A stretch of DNA of 64,000 nt from the NCBI RefSeq assembly GCF_964204645.1, contig NC_134033.1:3930231-3994230 (forward strand). The letters are read 5' to 3'. Position 1 is the stretch's first letter; each line of letters opens with the position of its first letter. The notes under the pieces are model-generated. The model was not told where the DNA came from. It searched no databases and was given only the letters and a program-made list of their open reading frames with translations. This document shows, one piece after another, positions 12,951 through 24,895 of the stretch. A program made the translations under genes and the position numbers. This DNA is from Tubulanus polymorphus. Its lineage: Eukaryota > Animalia > Nemertea.

Positions 12951-15900
12951 CATTTGAGAACTAAAACTATGAGATGTACTTTAATTTGCTCTTCTATACG
13001 TGACTGGACATTGTGTAAAAGCTTTTGATTAAACTCAGAGGCCTATATGATATGCGTAATCTGGAAACAATTTATCGCTTTTACCGCTTATGCGCGAAGA
13101 AACGTTTTACATTGGAATGTCCAACACCAAGATTTGCGGTCCAAACACGCATATGTGAGAAAAGGTCAAGAACAGAAAATATACAAAGCTACCGAACTGC
13201 GGCGGATGGTAGCAGATGCTGAGCGAAAACAGTGCATCCTGCTGTCAGTTTGTGCAGTCGTTGTAGGTCAACGCGTTATCAGAATCATTCGCACCATAGG
13301 TTTTATCGAGTGAGCATATCCGTTTGGAGCTGAGCAGCAGAATTTACTTATTCTTCTATTCGAAGGTAAGATTTTATCTATACTTAGTTATAATGAACGG
13401 GTTTTAGTATCGATACTGATATAAGTCTAACAGACTTTTGAATGACCAAGTCCGTGTAAATGGGTTATCAATATCGTGCCTTCTTCAAACCCGTAGCCCG
13501 GATTTTGAAATGGGCGTTGTTTGAATTATAAAAAGGGCACTTCTGCGTGTTTTGTATCCCAGGAAAGCGAGCATCGTGTGCTTAAAAACAGAATTCTGTA
13601 GTTATTCCACAAACAATAAAAAAAAAAACAAATGCATTTCAGTATAACCATTTGAAATGTTAGAATGACATTTATTCACCGCTAATAGAAGTAACTCTGG
13701 ATGTTCAATAGTTCAAATTAAAATGTTTGCTAACTACATTCGTCTTGGGTTTTTTCCCGCGTATATTTTTGCAACAGCTGGTGAATTTGAATCTGTTGCT
13801 GAGTCGCTAGTAGGATGTGGCCTACACTGAACATCTCAAGTGGTGCCTCTGAACCCTTTTACATATTCGATAGCTCAGGCAGTAGTGTTTCGATTGATGC
13901 GCAAAAGCGATGATCAATTGACCTCAAACAAGTGTAATAAAGCGTGTAATAATTCGTAACAAGTTGGCTGAAAAAATTACCAAAATCACTAAGGGCATTT
14001 TCTATAAAGGGGCGTTCGTTCGAACGGACAACCCCCCCCCCTGGCTATGGGCTTGTTGTTAAAATCATCACTAGGCCTACTCCTAAACACACCCATGTAT
14101 TGTATTTTAACAACTGCTCTTCTTCAACAAAAACGACGAAATGAAATACAAATGTTTTTCCCGATAGCAAAGACATTGAAATAGGATTTCCAGAGGATGA
14201 ACCTTTTATATCTACTATTATATTTTTTCAGTATCCGAAAATAAAACGAACGTGAAGATGGATCGCAATATAAACGTCGAAGGACCGTGGGGTTTACGTT
14301 TCATCGGAAACGACGCATGGTTGGTTAATGACAACGATATCTCTGTACATATAAAAGACATAAAACAAGCCGGCTCGATTGGATGTGTGAAGGTATGTAA
14401 GTTCAAATTTCGCTTCTCTTACAGTGAACGTGAACAGAGCTCTATAACGCAACCTTTTTTCCACAGATTTCGACTTCGAATACCACAAAGCGCTACAAGC
14501 TGTCCCAGTTGATCACCGAAAACCTCCCCGAATGTTTAAAGCGGACAGTGAACTCCAGATCAGAATTTGTGAAGGCGTTTAATGAATTGTTATTAGAGGA
14601 TTCTCGTAAGTTACCTTAAGATTTTTTTGTATCTAGTAACATAAGCATGAAATGAGAGATTCTACAATGGGAAAAATGACAATAACCGAGATCTAGAAAT
14701 ATATTCAATAGATCTAAAAATCGCCTGAGTTTTCGACGATGTGATCTCATTATATAAAAGGGAACCTCGCTTTATTCGGACACAGTAATACTGGCAAACA
14801 TTTGTTTGATATAGAATAATAATTATGTTTATTTACATTGAGATGATTGGAAGGTTAGAAAAATATGCCAGAAAGTCGAAAAATGATCTCTTTTAGTTTT
14901 GGAAAAGTATCCACAATTTAGATAATAACAGAAAAATTTCATATTTGATTACGTAGATCAGTTTAGAATGTACACGTGTGTGTGTGTGTGTAAACCTAGC
15001 ATCACACACTCGACTTTTTGAAGAGAAATTGAGTTGTCTCAAATTTTCGATTTCTCAACTTCTGATAGAAAAATAAACAAAGTTGTGTCAAAATGCGCGC
15101 GAATATGCTGTATGTTGATTGGTTAGATTACTCTCGACTCCTCGACTTTGTTACGCCCGATTTTCCTCGACACAACTCTCGTCTCGACTAGTCGAGAGAA
15201 ATACTTCTATATTGGCTAGAGAAAAATCTAGCCAATCTGGCGCATTTTTAATAGTCTTCCTTTCTGGTAAGAGAAGGCAATATATTTCTACAATAAAAAG
15301 ACTAAACCTTTGATAAAAATCGTATCGAATCAACTTCAGTGACTCTGACATAGTTGATATAATGATACTCATTTCCTCTTTTAAAATTGATATCCGTAGT
15401 ACTTGATGACTGATTTCGTTTATCGACAAACATATTTTTGATTATGATTTCTTGTTCATCCATGTATGGGTCAATGCACTGCTGCATCTACGCTCAGCTG
15501 GTGTTGTGTGTGTGTGTGAACAAAAATTAAGACACAAATTTTATTTATTTTGCCAACCGGGTCAACAATAATTGAGAAATCGAGCTTCAAAAAGTTGTGT
15601 GGTCGAACCATCGTGTGCTTGCCGGCAGATACGCGTGTGACCTGAACCCGCTTCATCTGCCTCATGTTAGTGGAGATAATGTATTTATTCGTTTTAGAGT
15701 CCGTGATTTATCTTAGCGACTTTTTGCATATAGCTATCTGTTTGATATATCCAACGCCAATTTTGTCAGTCCAAAGAAATGCGGGAACTGCGATAAACAC
15801 GGAAAACATATCACCACTGCTTCAATGACTTATAACATTATACGGCATAGTCGCAGTCGTTTATTTTTAGGCTCACTGATAGTATCATACCGCCACCAGT

Positions 15901-18900
15901 GGCCTCCACCGGGATGGGTTCTTTGCTAGTGCACACAAAGATACACGTGCTACATAGTAACTACTAATAGCTAACATTATCAAAAAGGCGTGAAATGGCA
16001 TGGTTTACAAAGCTACAAATATATGATTAACATAAACAAAACGTTTAGATAAATAAGATACCACGTGTGGGACTGATTCTAGAAGTTTTGAGCCTTCCCT
16101 TGAGTCACTAAATTTGTATTTGATGAAATCAAAAATTAAAAGCTAACGAACTTTTCCAAAGCGCAAATTTTCTATTTTTAGTTTATCCAGTCTAGTGGTC
16201 AACACAGGCCACGTGTGACCTAAAACCTTCAGCCGTTATCATAACAGACGCTCATTAGAAACTCTCAAATATACTGATCACCTCTCTCGCCCTGTAACCC
16301 TCTCTCCAGGCGTGGTTCCAATGAGAGAGTGCAGGCCGGGGGTCCCCTTCTAGACATTATTATCAAGTTGCGCTGAAAATTTACGAGTAAACGAGAAATA
16401 TTGATACCAAAAGAAGTTTAAATTCATAAGTATTTCTAAAGAAAACTGTTAATTTTTGTCTATTGGTTTTTTTTCGGGGTCCCCTTTTTATCACGATATG
16501 CCCTATTCTTGGGGGGGGGGGGGGCATTCCTCACTGAATCAGAGCCAAGATCCGCCGTTGCCATCCGACGTTGGCGTCAAATTCCCAAGTAAAGGCTATT
16601 ATTACATCATTTTGTTAATCAATGATGTCTTGCTGTTTATCAAGTAATCAAACATTACTAAAGCGGATAACAGGCTCAGCGTAGCCTTTTATAGATGCAG
16701 CGTTTTAGTTACGATTCGCAATTATAGACGTGTAAATAGATACACGTTTTCACTCTAATCTCGGTTTAAGAAAATGCAATACACTAAGGTCGAAAAATAA
16801 ACCGCAACAACAAAATCCAATCCAACTACGCGGCAATAACTAACGTGAGATAATGTTTATATCGATTGTATATTCAACATGAGATTGATTTTAAATTTTT
16901 ACAGGTAATAAAAGTCCAATACGCCATGAAAAAAGTACTTCTGATGACACTTTTGAAACGAACGACATCTATACATTCAATGGTAAGGTTTCATTATTGA
17001 CACCCAGAAGAACTCTCCGAGTAAGCATTTAATGAAAACATGAAAGGGGTGGAATTTTTCAAGCTACTTATTATAAACATTTATAACAAGTAGTTTGCTG
17101 GATCCATGAATTTTGATTGCGAATTATTTGTCTATATTACATTGCAAAAGTACGCTCAGAATGCACGTCATTGCCTACAGTAGACTCCGCCTATTCTCTG
17201 TTCTAATTCTATCGAATACCGACTCAAGAGTTCGGGGAATTTTTCGTTAACAGTAGATGTTTTGAAATGTTACTTCGTACTGGATCGGCCATCACATTAC
17301 ATTTTGGCTCAAAGGGAAGGTAGCTGAGTTGATCCGTCACGTAATGAGTTTATCCCCCACGTTACTACATTATACTTCAATTTTTTGAGTTTATCCTTCA
17401 CGTGATGACCTAAACTTCTGTTTGGCGGGGATGGCCGCCCATACCCTATTGCTTTAATTTTCGCAAGGCCCTTTTTTAAAATGAATCCGCCCATAACATC
17501 AGCCCCGGGTTGTTCTATGTCGAAATAAATGCTGAAATTACATAGGTCAATAATCGCATGGAATTACATGCCGCGACTTGAATTATTATACAAATTATAA
17601 AAAATGTCATTATCAATATAATCATTGAAATAAATTCTTAATTTGAAATGTATTATTTCTATTTAGAACAAGATCCTTTCCATGGACTCCACTTAAACAC
17701 TGCCCTCGGTGATTCAACTAATGGTATGTATTGTTTAAGATATCATTATTCCGAGCTGTATTAGAGTGTAAAAATAACACCAATTTTGCCTTTGTGAAAT
17801 AAGTGAGGTCTCTTCCACACCTCCCCTGGTGATATGTTTGTTATTCTCCAAGAGTGATTCGAGTGTTTGAGTTCATTATATGACTTAGAATACAGTAGAA
17901 TGCTCTCTAGTAGTTGATTATACTTTCCGACCTTAAGTGGTGGTAGACATGTGTCCAACTTGAGTGACGTCAAATTGAGATGTGATAAGATATCCGAGTT
18001 GATCATATCTGAATTGAGTGAAGTGTTACATTTTTATCAAATTCCATTCTTGTTTTGTTCTATATTTTCGAGCGACTTTTCGAGATCATATCGATCGATA
18101 ATCTCCCTCTTTTTAAAACAAAGTGTTAATCATCCATCAATCAAACAGGAACGTATTTAATTCAATGTTACAACAACTCCGGACACTACGAGTTGCTATC
18201 AGAATTCATTGAGACTTAACAATTTACAAATCTCATCTCTTGTAGGTTGTGATGAAGTAAAATCCCTTGAACCATCGGAATTGTTAAAATGTCGTGATGG
18301 TAGGTCTTCATGTGTTACTTTCACTTAATTACTTTCGGGAAATAAAGAAATTCACAGACAAAAACAACATGCCATATAATTTGCTGAAAACATATTACGT
18401 CAATTTCCTCATTTCTGAAGTAATACAAAATTGGAAGAAAAAATTTGATTATCAAGTAAGAATCGAATTAGATTCAACATTAATGAGTTAAGTTATGGTG
18501 ACACCTAGAGAACTATAATTAGATATTTCCATTCGTGGTATATTTACAGAAATGCATGTACAACAAATTGAAAATACATGTACTGAAAACAGATCTTCAT
18601 CGGTTTGTTCAGGTAAGTCGACCAGATTACATCTTGCATTTCATAATCGCTTCGAACAGATTATTCAATTATATCAATTTAATTTATCCCCTTTCTTTCC
18701 TGTATAGATATGCTTCAAAAACAGGTCATACGCTTCAGACAAGGTGAGCTGATTTTCAAATCGTTTTCGTTATCAGTGTCTAATTTCCGATGCATCATGC
18801 ATCACCCTGGCTTTAATAGATAAGGCTAGCTACCATAAAGAAAATGAGACTATGGTCATCCCAAAAGAATCAGTCGTGCATAATGTTTACAATTACCCAT

Positions 18901-19017
18901 GGGTCACAGTTCAATCTGACAAATTTGTAAAACTTTCATATCGAGTTCTTAAACATCCAAAAAATGAAAAGAAACAGTGAAAAACATGTGAAATGATAAC
19001 TATTTTTCTTTCCGTAG

Positions 19018-19257
19018 GTACATACAAAATAGCGACCGAAAAGCTAAAAGCTCCGTCGTGGCCACTCCAGGTGCGATGTGTGGATCGGAAACACGTGGAC
19101 AGTTTGAAATCTGAGATGCTGGCACGCCCTGCATCAAACTTTATGTCCCTCGTAGGTCGTGCTACAGGGCCCATTATCTCTCCGTTAGAAAAAAATGTTA
19201 TCGAAATATTGGGTGGAAACCACACCAGAATCGCGCTACAGGAGCTTTTGATTGAAG
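19018..19257 (+). CDS. Exon 8 of the ParB-like gene, N-terminal half of the ParB/Srx-like domain
   Basis: tccgtag acceptor and gtgcgt donor. Encodes LQVRCVDRKHVDSLKSEM...IEILGGNHTRIALQEL, matching the ParB pattern (R...l..l..si ... hydrophobic strand-G-x-H-R/T-helix). Confidence 0.8.
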
Positions 19258-19432
19258 GTGCGTCACAGAATTGTACTACATTTGTTTAAAAGAACAAATG
19301 CAGCATTCCTAGGAACCAATATTGTCTAACTTCGTGTTGCATTACACGCGATTTGAAATTAAGTCATTCATTTACTTTAAAACAAGCCCGACATTAGCAT
19401 TGATCAATTAGAATTGATCCGAATCTTTGCAG

Positions 19433-19468
19433 GTGCTGATCCGAATCATTATGGTTCAGCGATGGTAC
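19433..19468 (+). CDS. 5' part of ParB-like exon 9, upstream of the LTR insertion
   Basis: ttgcag acceptor. Encodes (G)ADPNHYGSAMV and joins in frame to 34533 once the element and one GTAC are removed. Confidence 0.8.
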
Positions 19469-20729
19469 TGATACACCGGTCACAATCCTCTCCTTAATCG
19501 TTGAATATAAAAACGTAAAGATCGGTCCCTGGCGAGAGAACGTGTCCGTGCACAAACCCAAATAATTAAACTAAAATGCCGAAATTCTGATTGAATATAA
19601 TAATAATAAAATGGATTTTATTTACCTTGATAATAGTAATATCTCCAGTACACAGTCCAATTCCTAACTCCAAATTCCTATTGTACACTACTGTTGGTAA
19701 CCCGTCCTAATTCTGGTATTTCCACCCAAATCTCAAGTATCTTTAACGAGCGTCCCTGGTAAGTCTGCTTTCTCAAGACTGCGGGCCTCTTTTATGGAAA
19801 AGATCGGCATTCCTAGAATGCCGACTCTCCCGTTCGACTTTTGGCAAGGAGCAGCAACCTAGCTGTCATGACGGTTTTGGACATGTAGAATTAGCCTTAA
19901 TGATTCGCTAATCTAAAATTATTTGAGAAACTGATTTGCCAAAGTAACTTTTCTTTCCAACCCTCCTGTCATAACGCGCTTTGATTTACTCACTCCCTAC
20001 TCATCATCGTTGAGAGAGCAGCTATTCTCTACGAGTTACCAACAGACATGTACACCAACAGAAACCTTAGAGAGCTAGTATTGATATTTGCCACAATTAA
20101 ACTTCCATAAAACTTAAGCGATTATAAAGGTCTTGTCCTTAATTAACATCCAGGATACTTAATTTAGATATATTTTCAAAACTTAGTTTTCACCTAGATT
20201 ATGGAACAAACTCATCGTTTCTTTTTCCAATCAACAATAGTAAACTTTTGATTCAGAAATACAATGTAATTAATTATCAAATCTAAAATCATTCTATACT
20301 TATTATACCAATTTTCATTTATAATTTAACTAACTCTATAATACTACAGGATAAAGCAAAACAACCATGTCTCCCTATACTTCCGGTTCTTCCTTTTATA
20401 GAAAGTAGTCGGGAGTATCAAGAAGTAACAGCGAGATCCCTGCACAAACCACACTATCAAAGCACCTCATCGTTCCGACCCAACCAATTACGTCTATCCT
20501 TAAGTTTTTAAAAATAATTCTGAATGTTTGCCAGATATCGACGCACAAGAACCGAGGAAGAATTATTTTTACCCCTGGCTGATTTGTTGTCAGCGCTGGT
20601 AGATCAAAGCATCAAACAACAACTTGCACACATCGTTTGCTGTCTGATACCCATAAAGAAACCACCAACGTAAACAAAAACCATCATTACAAACATTTTT
20701 TAGTTACTACGGAATCTTGCTGCGGATCA
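19469..20729 (-). repeat. 3' LTR (1261 bp)
   Basis: Starts tgatacaccggt and ends gcggatca. Matches 33261-34528 apart from a 4-bp indel, a 3-bp indel and one substitution that I could see. Minus-strand AATAAA near 19617-19622. Confidence 0.97.
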
Positions 20730-20742
20730 TCACTCCCTATCC
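20730..20742 (-). promoter_or_regulatory. Polypurine tract
   Basis: Minus strand reads GGATAGGGAGTGA immediately before the 3' LTR. Confidence 0.85.
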
Positions 20743-22215
20743 AGTTTAAATTTCGTCCCGAAATTTTGAATTTAACCCAACTCGTGAATATCCCGCTGAT
20801 ACCTCTAGAACAAATCCTGAAAAAGAACATTAGTAAACAATTCATTATAACGAGTAACGAGTTTGACACTACAACGCATATTAAAGTTCATGATATAGTA
20901 TATCATAAAACCGCATTTAAAGTTCCGGATACCCAATCGGAAAAAAGTTCATTCGAGACCGCTGTCCCCGCACACTAAACACTCGAAAGTTAAGCACAAA
21001 ACAGTTCACAGTTTGAGTTTAGAATTTACCGCGAAGTGACGCAACAGCTACCAGACACAACAAGGTACGTCATGGACGGACGAATGACGTCATCCACCGC
21101 AGTTCCTCGAAGCGCGTACTGCTACGTTGATAGTACGGCAAAACACATTTATGTTCAGCTGAATACTTGCTCGCTATTCATAGACGCTATAGTACTACGG
21201 TTACTATATCGGAGTCTTTTCTCCACAGTTAATATAGAAACGGAACAGTAATGTATTCGCATCTTACGGCTTGAGCGAACAACATTCCATCGAATGTTAA
21301 TGTAACTACACGGGAGCCATCTTGAACACACTCGGCTTTACTCCGCTAAAATGTCTACGGAAATTATCACTTTTCTTCACATTTCGTATCGCATTGGCCA
21401 GGTGTCTTTGTCCACCCTTCATCACTTAAGTTTGTGAGTATATAGCAAGTCTTCGAGAGTGACAAACACCACTAACAATGGCAAGAATCGCATGACGAAT
21501 CATCGAGCATGATTCCATCCCGTTAAAACCAACGCCCAAAGTTCGCTGTTGTATGTCGTATATTCGCTCCGTTTCTTCGTTATTTGACGAATCGGCAAAT
21601 TAATATCACTCATCTCGACCAGAGCATACCAGTTGTTGGTTTATCATACTATCAATTGCGTCGAATAGAGTCTCAGGATACCTCCCAACAAGTCCCCATC
21701 TCCATATGGTCACTATCAGGGGGGTACCCGTCGACATCTATTGCGGTTGACAGAAGAAGGCATTCTTCCATCAAAGTGCTGTCATATCTCGACGGTCCCA
21801 TCTTCACACATCCGATAAGGGTACCTTACAATCAAATAAAAACACAGAGATTATATAAAAATTTCATAACTCTTCCTTTTCTATCTGACAATTAACAAGT
21901 TCTACTCAGACTACGGATAATAAACACTGGAGATTATTGATATTACGGCGATAGGCCAATAACACGACAGTTAAACCTATAATCTATGTTTATTTTATGG
22001 TTGTCTTTATCTCACATAACTTAAAGGCTTAATAGTACTTATTCCTAATATATTTGTGTTTCATCATCATATAATAACAACTTTCCGACAATTTTGCAGG
22101 ACATATGCATCCTGACCTTATTACTGATTAAATTATACTTACGTCAAATCCAATGAGGGCATTCGAGCACCCTTATTCAGAATAGCTACTCTTAAATAGC
22201 TTTCAAATACTGCCC

Positions 22216-24849
22216 TCAGTACAGATATGGGTACAGCCTACTGGCATCAGCCAATAGCGAATTCCTGGGAATCCCCACCGAATAGTCTGGTGGCGACAGA
22301 TCGCCGCCAGGGGAAGCTGTGAGTGCCAGTATACCGGGCCCATGCTCAGTCCGAGCCTCATCATGTATAACCACGATCTCGGGTTCCACTGACGAAACTG
22401 TCAGCTGGGTCGCTTCTCGTAGTTCGGTAGTAAACGACCGATAAACCGCAACAACCACAACCTTACTCGGAACTGACACGAGCTGTCTCATCGTGAAGAG
22501 ACTTACTCGTAGGGGAACCGAGCAGGAAGTCGGCAGATTATACATCGTCCCTTGCGAACAAGTCAGTTGCTTAGTCTGCCAGGTTAAGTTCAAGCGGGCG
22601 ACTCCACAAACGACTCGTAACGCAACCTTAGTAAGAGCTGGAGGCTCGAAACAACATCTCGTTTCACAACCGGACAATGTTAGTAGAGGCAAGTCCAATG
22701 TCTGAATTCCATTCTTAAGCCTTATGGCTAGCCTAACCGGATATTTTCCCGGTGAACAAGGTGCAGGCAAACAGTGTCGGCACCTATAGCACATAGCACG
22801 CAATAAAGGTCTGAACACAATTATAACTATACCTACTACAATAACTAAGAACAGGACGACATCGACGCGCACATTCTTGGCTGTGACAACCTCCCGAATG
22901 ACCGTATTATTCCAGCCACCTCGTTGTAGGTCATGGATAGCGGGGTGAACAGTCACCATAGCTTCAGCGGTCGGAAGAAGTCCTGCTCCCAGAATTGATA
23001 AGGACCCTTGCGACTTTAGCAAAACGAATATTGAGAGCAGCATGCTGCCCGCAGAGAGACCAATAGCGAGCCAAGTGAGCCACCCTGTACCGGTTCCAGA
23101 CGAAATAACAGGTTCAGAATGATCAAATAAAGCGTCTGCTTGCGATCGGTACAGTTTAGCGTCAGTTTGAACGGTTCTTGCTAACTTTTTGAAATCCATG
23201 CTAAATTTAGTGTCCACCGCAGCCACTTTTGACCAGTTATTAGCCTTGAAATCCAGACTAGGCAGCGGTGCGTATGGCGTTCCCTGGAACATTGTTGCTC
23301 CAGTAACGTTGGACACTACATTCTTTGAAAAGAAACTATGTAGGACTGGTAAATTAACAGCGTGCGCAATGGTCACCGTGTCTTGGTTAATACATTTGTT
23401 AATTCTACCGGGCACAAAAAATTTTGATCCACGCAATGCACATGCACACCCAATTTTTACCAAACAAAAACGACATGCTTTTATTGCTTTTGGTGACTTG
23501 CCAGGGCAGGCGAGAGTCCAAAAATCGTCAGTGCCTGAAACAACAAAATAGCCATCCCCTACGTCGACTGCCAGTTCGGCCAGGCCCTGGACCTCATACC
23601 GTATGTGGCATAAGGCTAGCACCTGTGAGGGTTTATCGAAGAAAAGGCTACTCAGGCATGATTCTACGGTTGCTTCGCGCATGGACACGCGCTGCCGGCA
23701 AGTCATCACATCGGTTCCATAACAAGTAGCAAATATATCGTGACCCATTTCAGTGTAGTAACTACCGTCCCTAGTAGCGCCAAAATAAGGGGCTGTACCA
23801 ACAATCATTGAAGTGTTATAGGACGTTGCGTTTATTGGCACTGGCATTAAGACAACCGAGTATAAATCAAAATATGTCTGACCAGATTGCAAGGGGATTT
23901 TGATTGATATGTAAACAAATTTATCGGTCTTAGAAAAGCACACATCCTTAACTATGTAATAATAGCCTACATCCCTATTAGCTATTGAAAACCCAGAATG
24001 CATCCTATTTAATTTTTCGGACACATCGTCAAGAACCTTCGAAACCATTTTTGGATTAACCAGGGCTCTAGGCAAATATCCCTCCAATAACTTTTCAACC
24101 CCCTGCAACCACTCACTGGAAACTGCCGTCAGTCGTTCCACTAGGATGATATTTCTTATTGTCATGTCAGACGCCAATGCTAGCATACTCGCATCGACAC
24201 TTTGCTTTAGCAGTGTCGTTCGAATTGATTTAAGTTCTTTTGAATTGGCCACGTATGCAGAGGTCAGGCTACTGATTCGTTTGTCAGTCGCGTTAATAAA
24301 TGAAGAGAGTGTCCCCTGTATGTGGGTGATTTGATCCGAATTCAACTTGACTATTTTTTCTACTTTTTCGACGTGATTTTCTACTTGCTGAACTTCATCT
24401 TCGGTAGCAGTACCGAACAAGGAAGACGAAATCGATCCGATAAATGAAAGTGGTGCACGTTTGACCCTGCGCCCACTGGCGTGTCGTTTCTTTCGTGAGT
24501 CGGTATCTGCAGCATCAGGTATCATTTGTCTCATATCAGCCAATTGTCCCCTGATATGGGTCAACGTGTCTAACTGTAGGCGATGCGCCTCACGAAACAT
24601 TTCCAAATAGCCGGAGCAGTGAGAACGAAGTTCTGGCTGGACAAGAGAACAGCGTAGCCGCAAGCCTTTACTCGGGGGGTCATTAACAACTAGCCATGGT
24701 ATCGCGAACGTGTGAAACCAGGCACTGTCGCCATTATGGACTCCTCCAATCCGATGAAAGGCGACACCATAGTTTGGCCTCAAGACCGTCGAGGGCATCA
24801 GACAATAGGCCGACGACCATGTGGCCACCAAGATTACGACAATTTGCAT
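22216..24849 (-). CDS. env: Envelope glycoprotein, class I fusion (errantivirus env / baculovirus F-like), ~877 aa, with C-terminal extension
   Basis: Signal peptide MQIVVILVATWSSAYC, furin site RRVKR followed by fusion peptide APLSFIGSISSSLFGTA, heptad repeats, Cys-rich ectodomain, TM WLTWLAIGLSAGSMLLSIFVLL. The ATG at 24849 directly follows a tttttcag acceptor with a TACTGAT branch-point-like motif, implying a spliced mRNA. Confidence 0.92.
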   Translation of the reverse strand: MQIVVILVATWSSAYCLMPSTVLRPNYGVAFHRIGGVHNGDSAWFHTFAIPWLVVNDPPSKGLRLRCSLVQPELRSHCSGYLEMFREAHRLQLDTLTHIRGQLADMRQMIPDAADTDSRKKRHASGRRVKRAPLSFIGSISSSLFGTATEDEVQQVENHVEKVEKIVKLNSDQITHIQGTLSSFINATDKRISSLTSAYVANSKELKSIRTTLLKQSVDASMLALASDMTIRNIILVERLTAVSSEWLQGVEKLLEGYLPRALVNPKMVSKVLDDVSEKLNRMHSGFSIANRDVGYYYIVKDVCFSKTDKFVYISIKIPLQSGQTYFDLYSVVLMPVPINATSYNTSMIVGTAPYFGATRDGSYYTEMGHDIFATCYGTDVMTCRQRVSMREATVESCLSSLFFDKPSQVLALCHIRYEVQGLAELAVDVGDGYFVVSGTDDFWTLACPGKSPKAIKACRFCLVKIGCACALRGSKFFVPGRINKCINQDTVTIAHAVNLPVLHSFFSKNVVSNVTGATMFQGTPYAPLPSLDFKANNWSKVAAVDTKFSMDFKKLARTVQTDAKLYRSQADALFDHSEPVISSGTGTGWLTWLAIGLSAGSMLLSIFVLLKSQGSLSILGAGLLPTAEAMVTVHPAIHDLQRGGWNNTVIREVVTAKNVRVDVVLFLVIVVGIVIIVFRPLLRAMCYRCRHCLPAPCSPGKYPVRLAIRLKNGIQTLDLPLLTLSGCETRCCFEPPALTKVALRVVCGVARLNLTWQTKQLTCSQGTMYNLPTSCSVPLRVSLFTMRQLVSVPSKVVVVAVYRSFTTELREATQLTVSSVEPEIVVIHDEARTEHGPGILALTASPGGDLSPPDYSVGIPRNSLLADASRLYPYLY

Positions 24850-24895
24850 CCTGAAAAATAGGGATAGCAAGAATCAGTAATCTCGAAACCACGTA

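Noticed and set aside
19018-19257. Sulfiredoxin orthologue or bacterial contamination
   Set aside because: It lacks the catalytic FGGCHR cysteine of sulfiredoxin, and the gene has 19 spliceosomal introns.
20637-20978. ORFs starting MLSDTHKETT (also at 34436)
   Set aside because: They start at a non-ATG codon within the LTR end and read across the LTR junction. Only 34533-34759 is a real exon.
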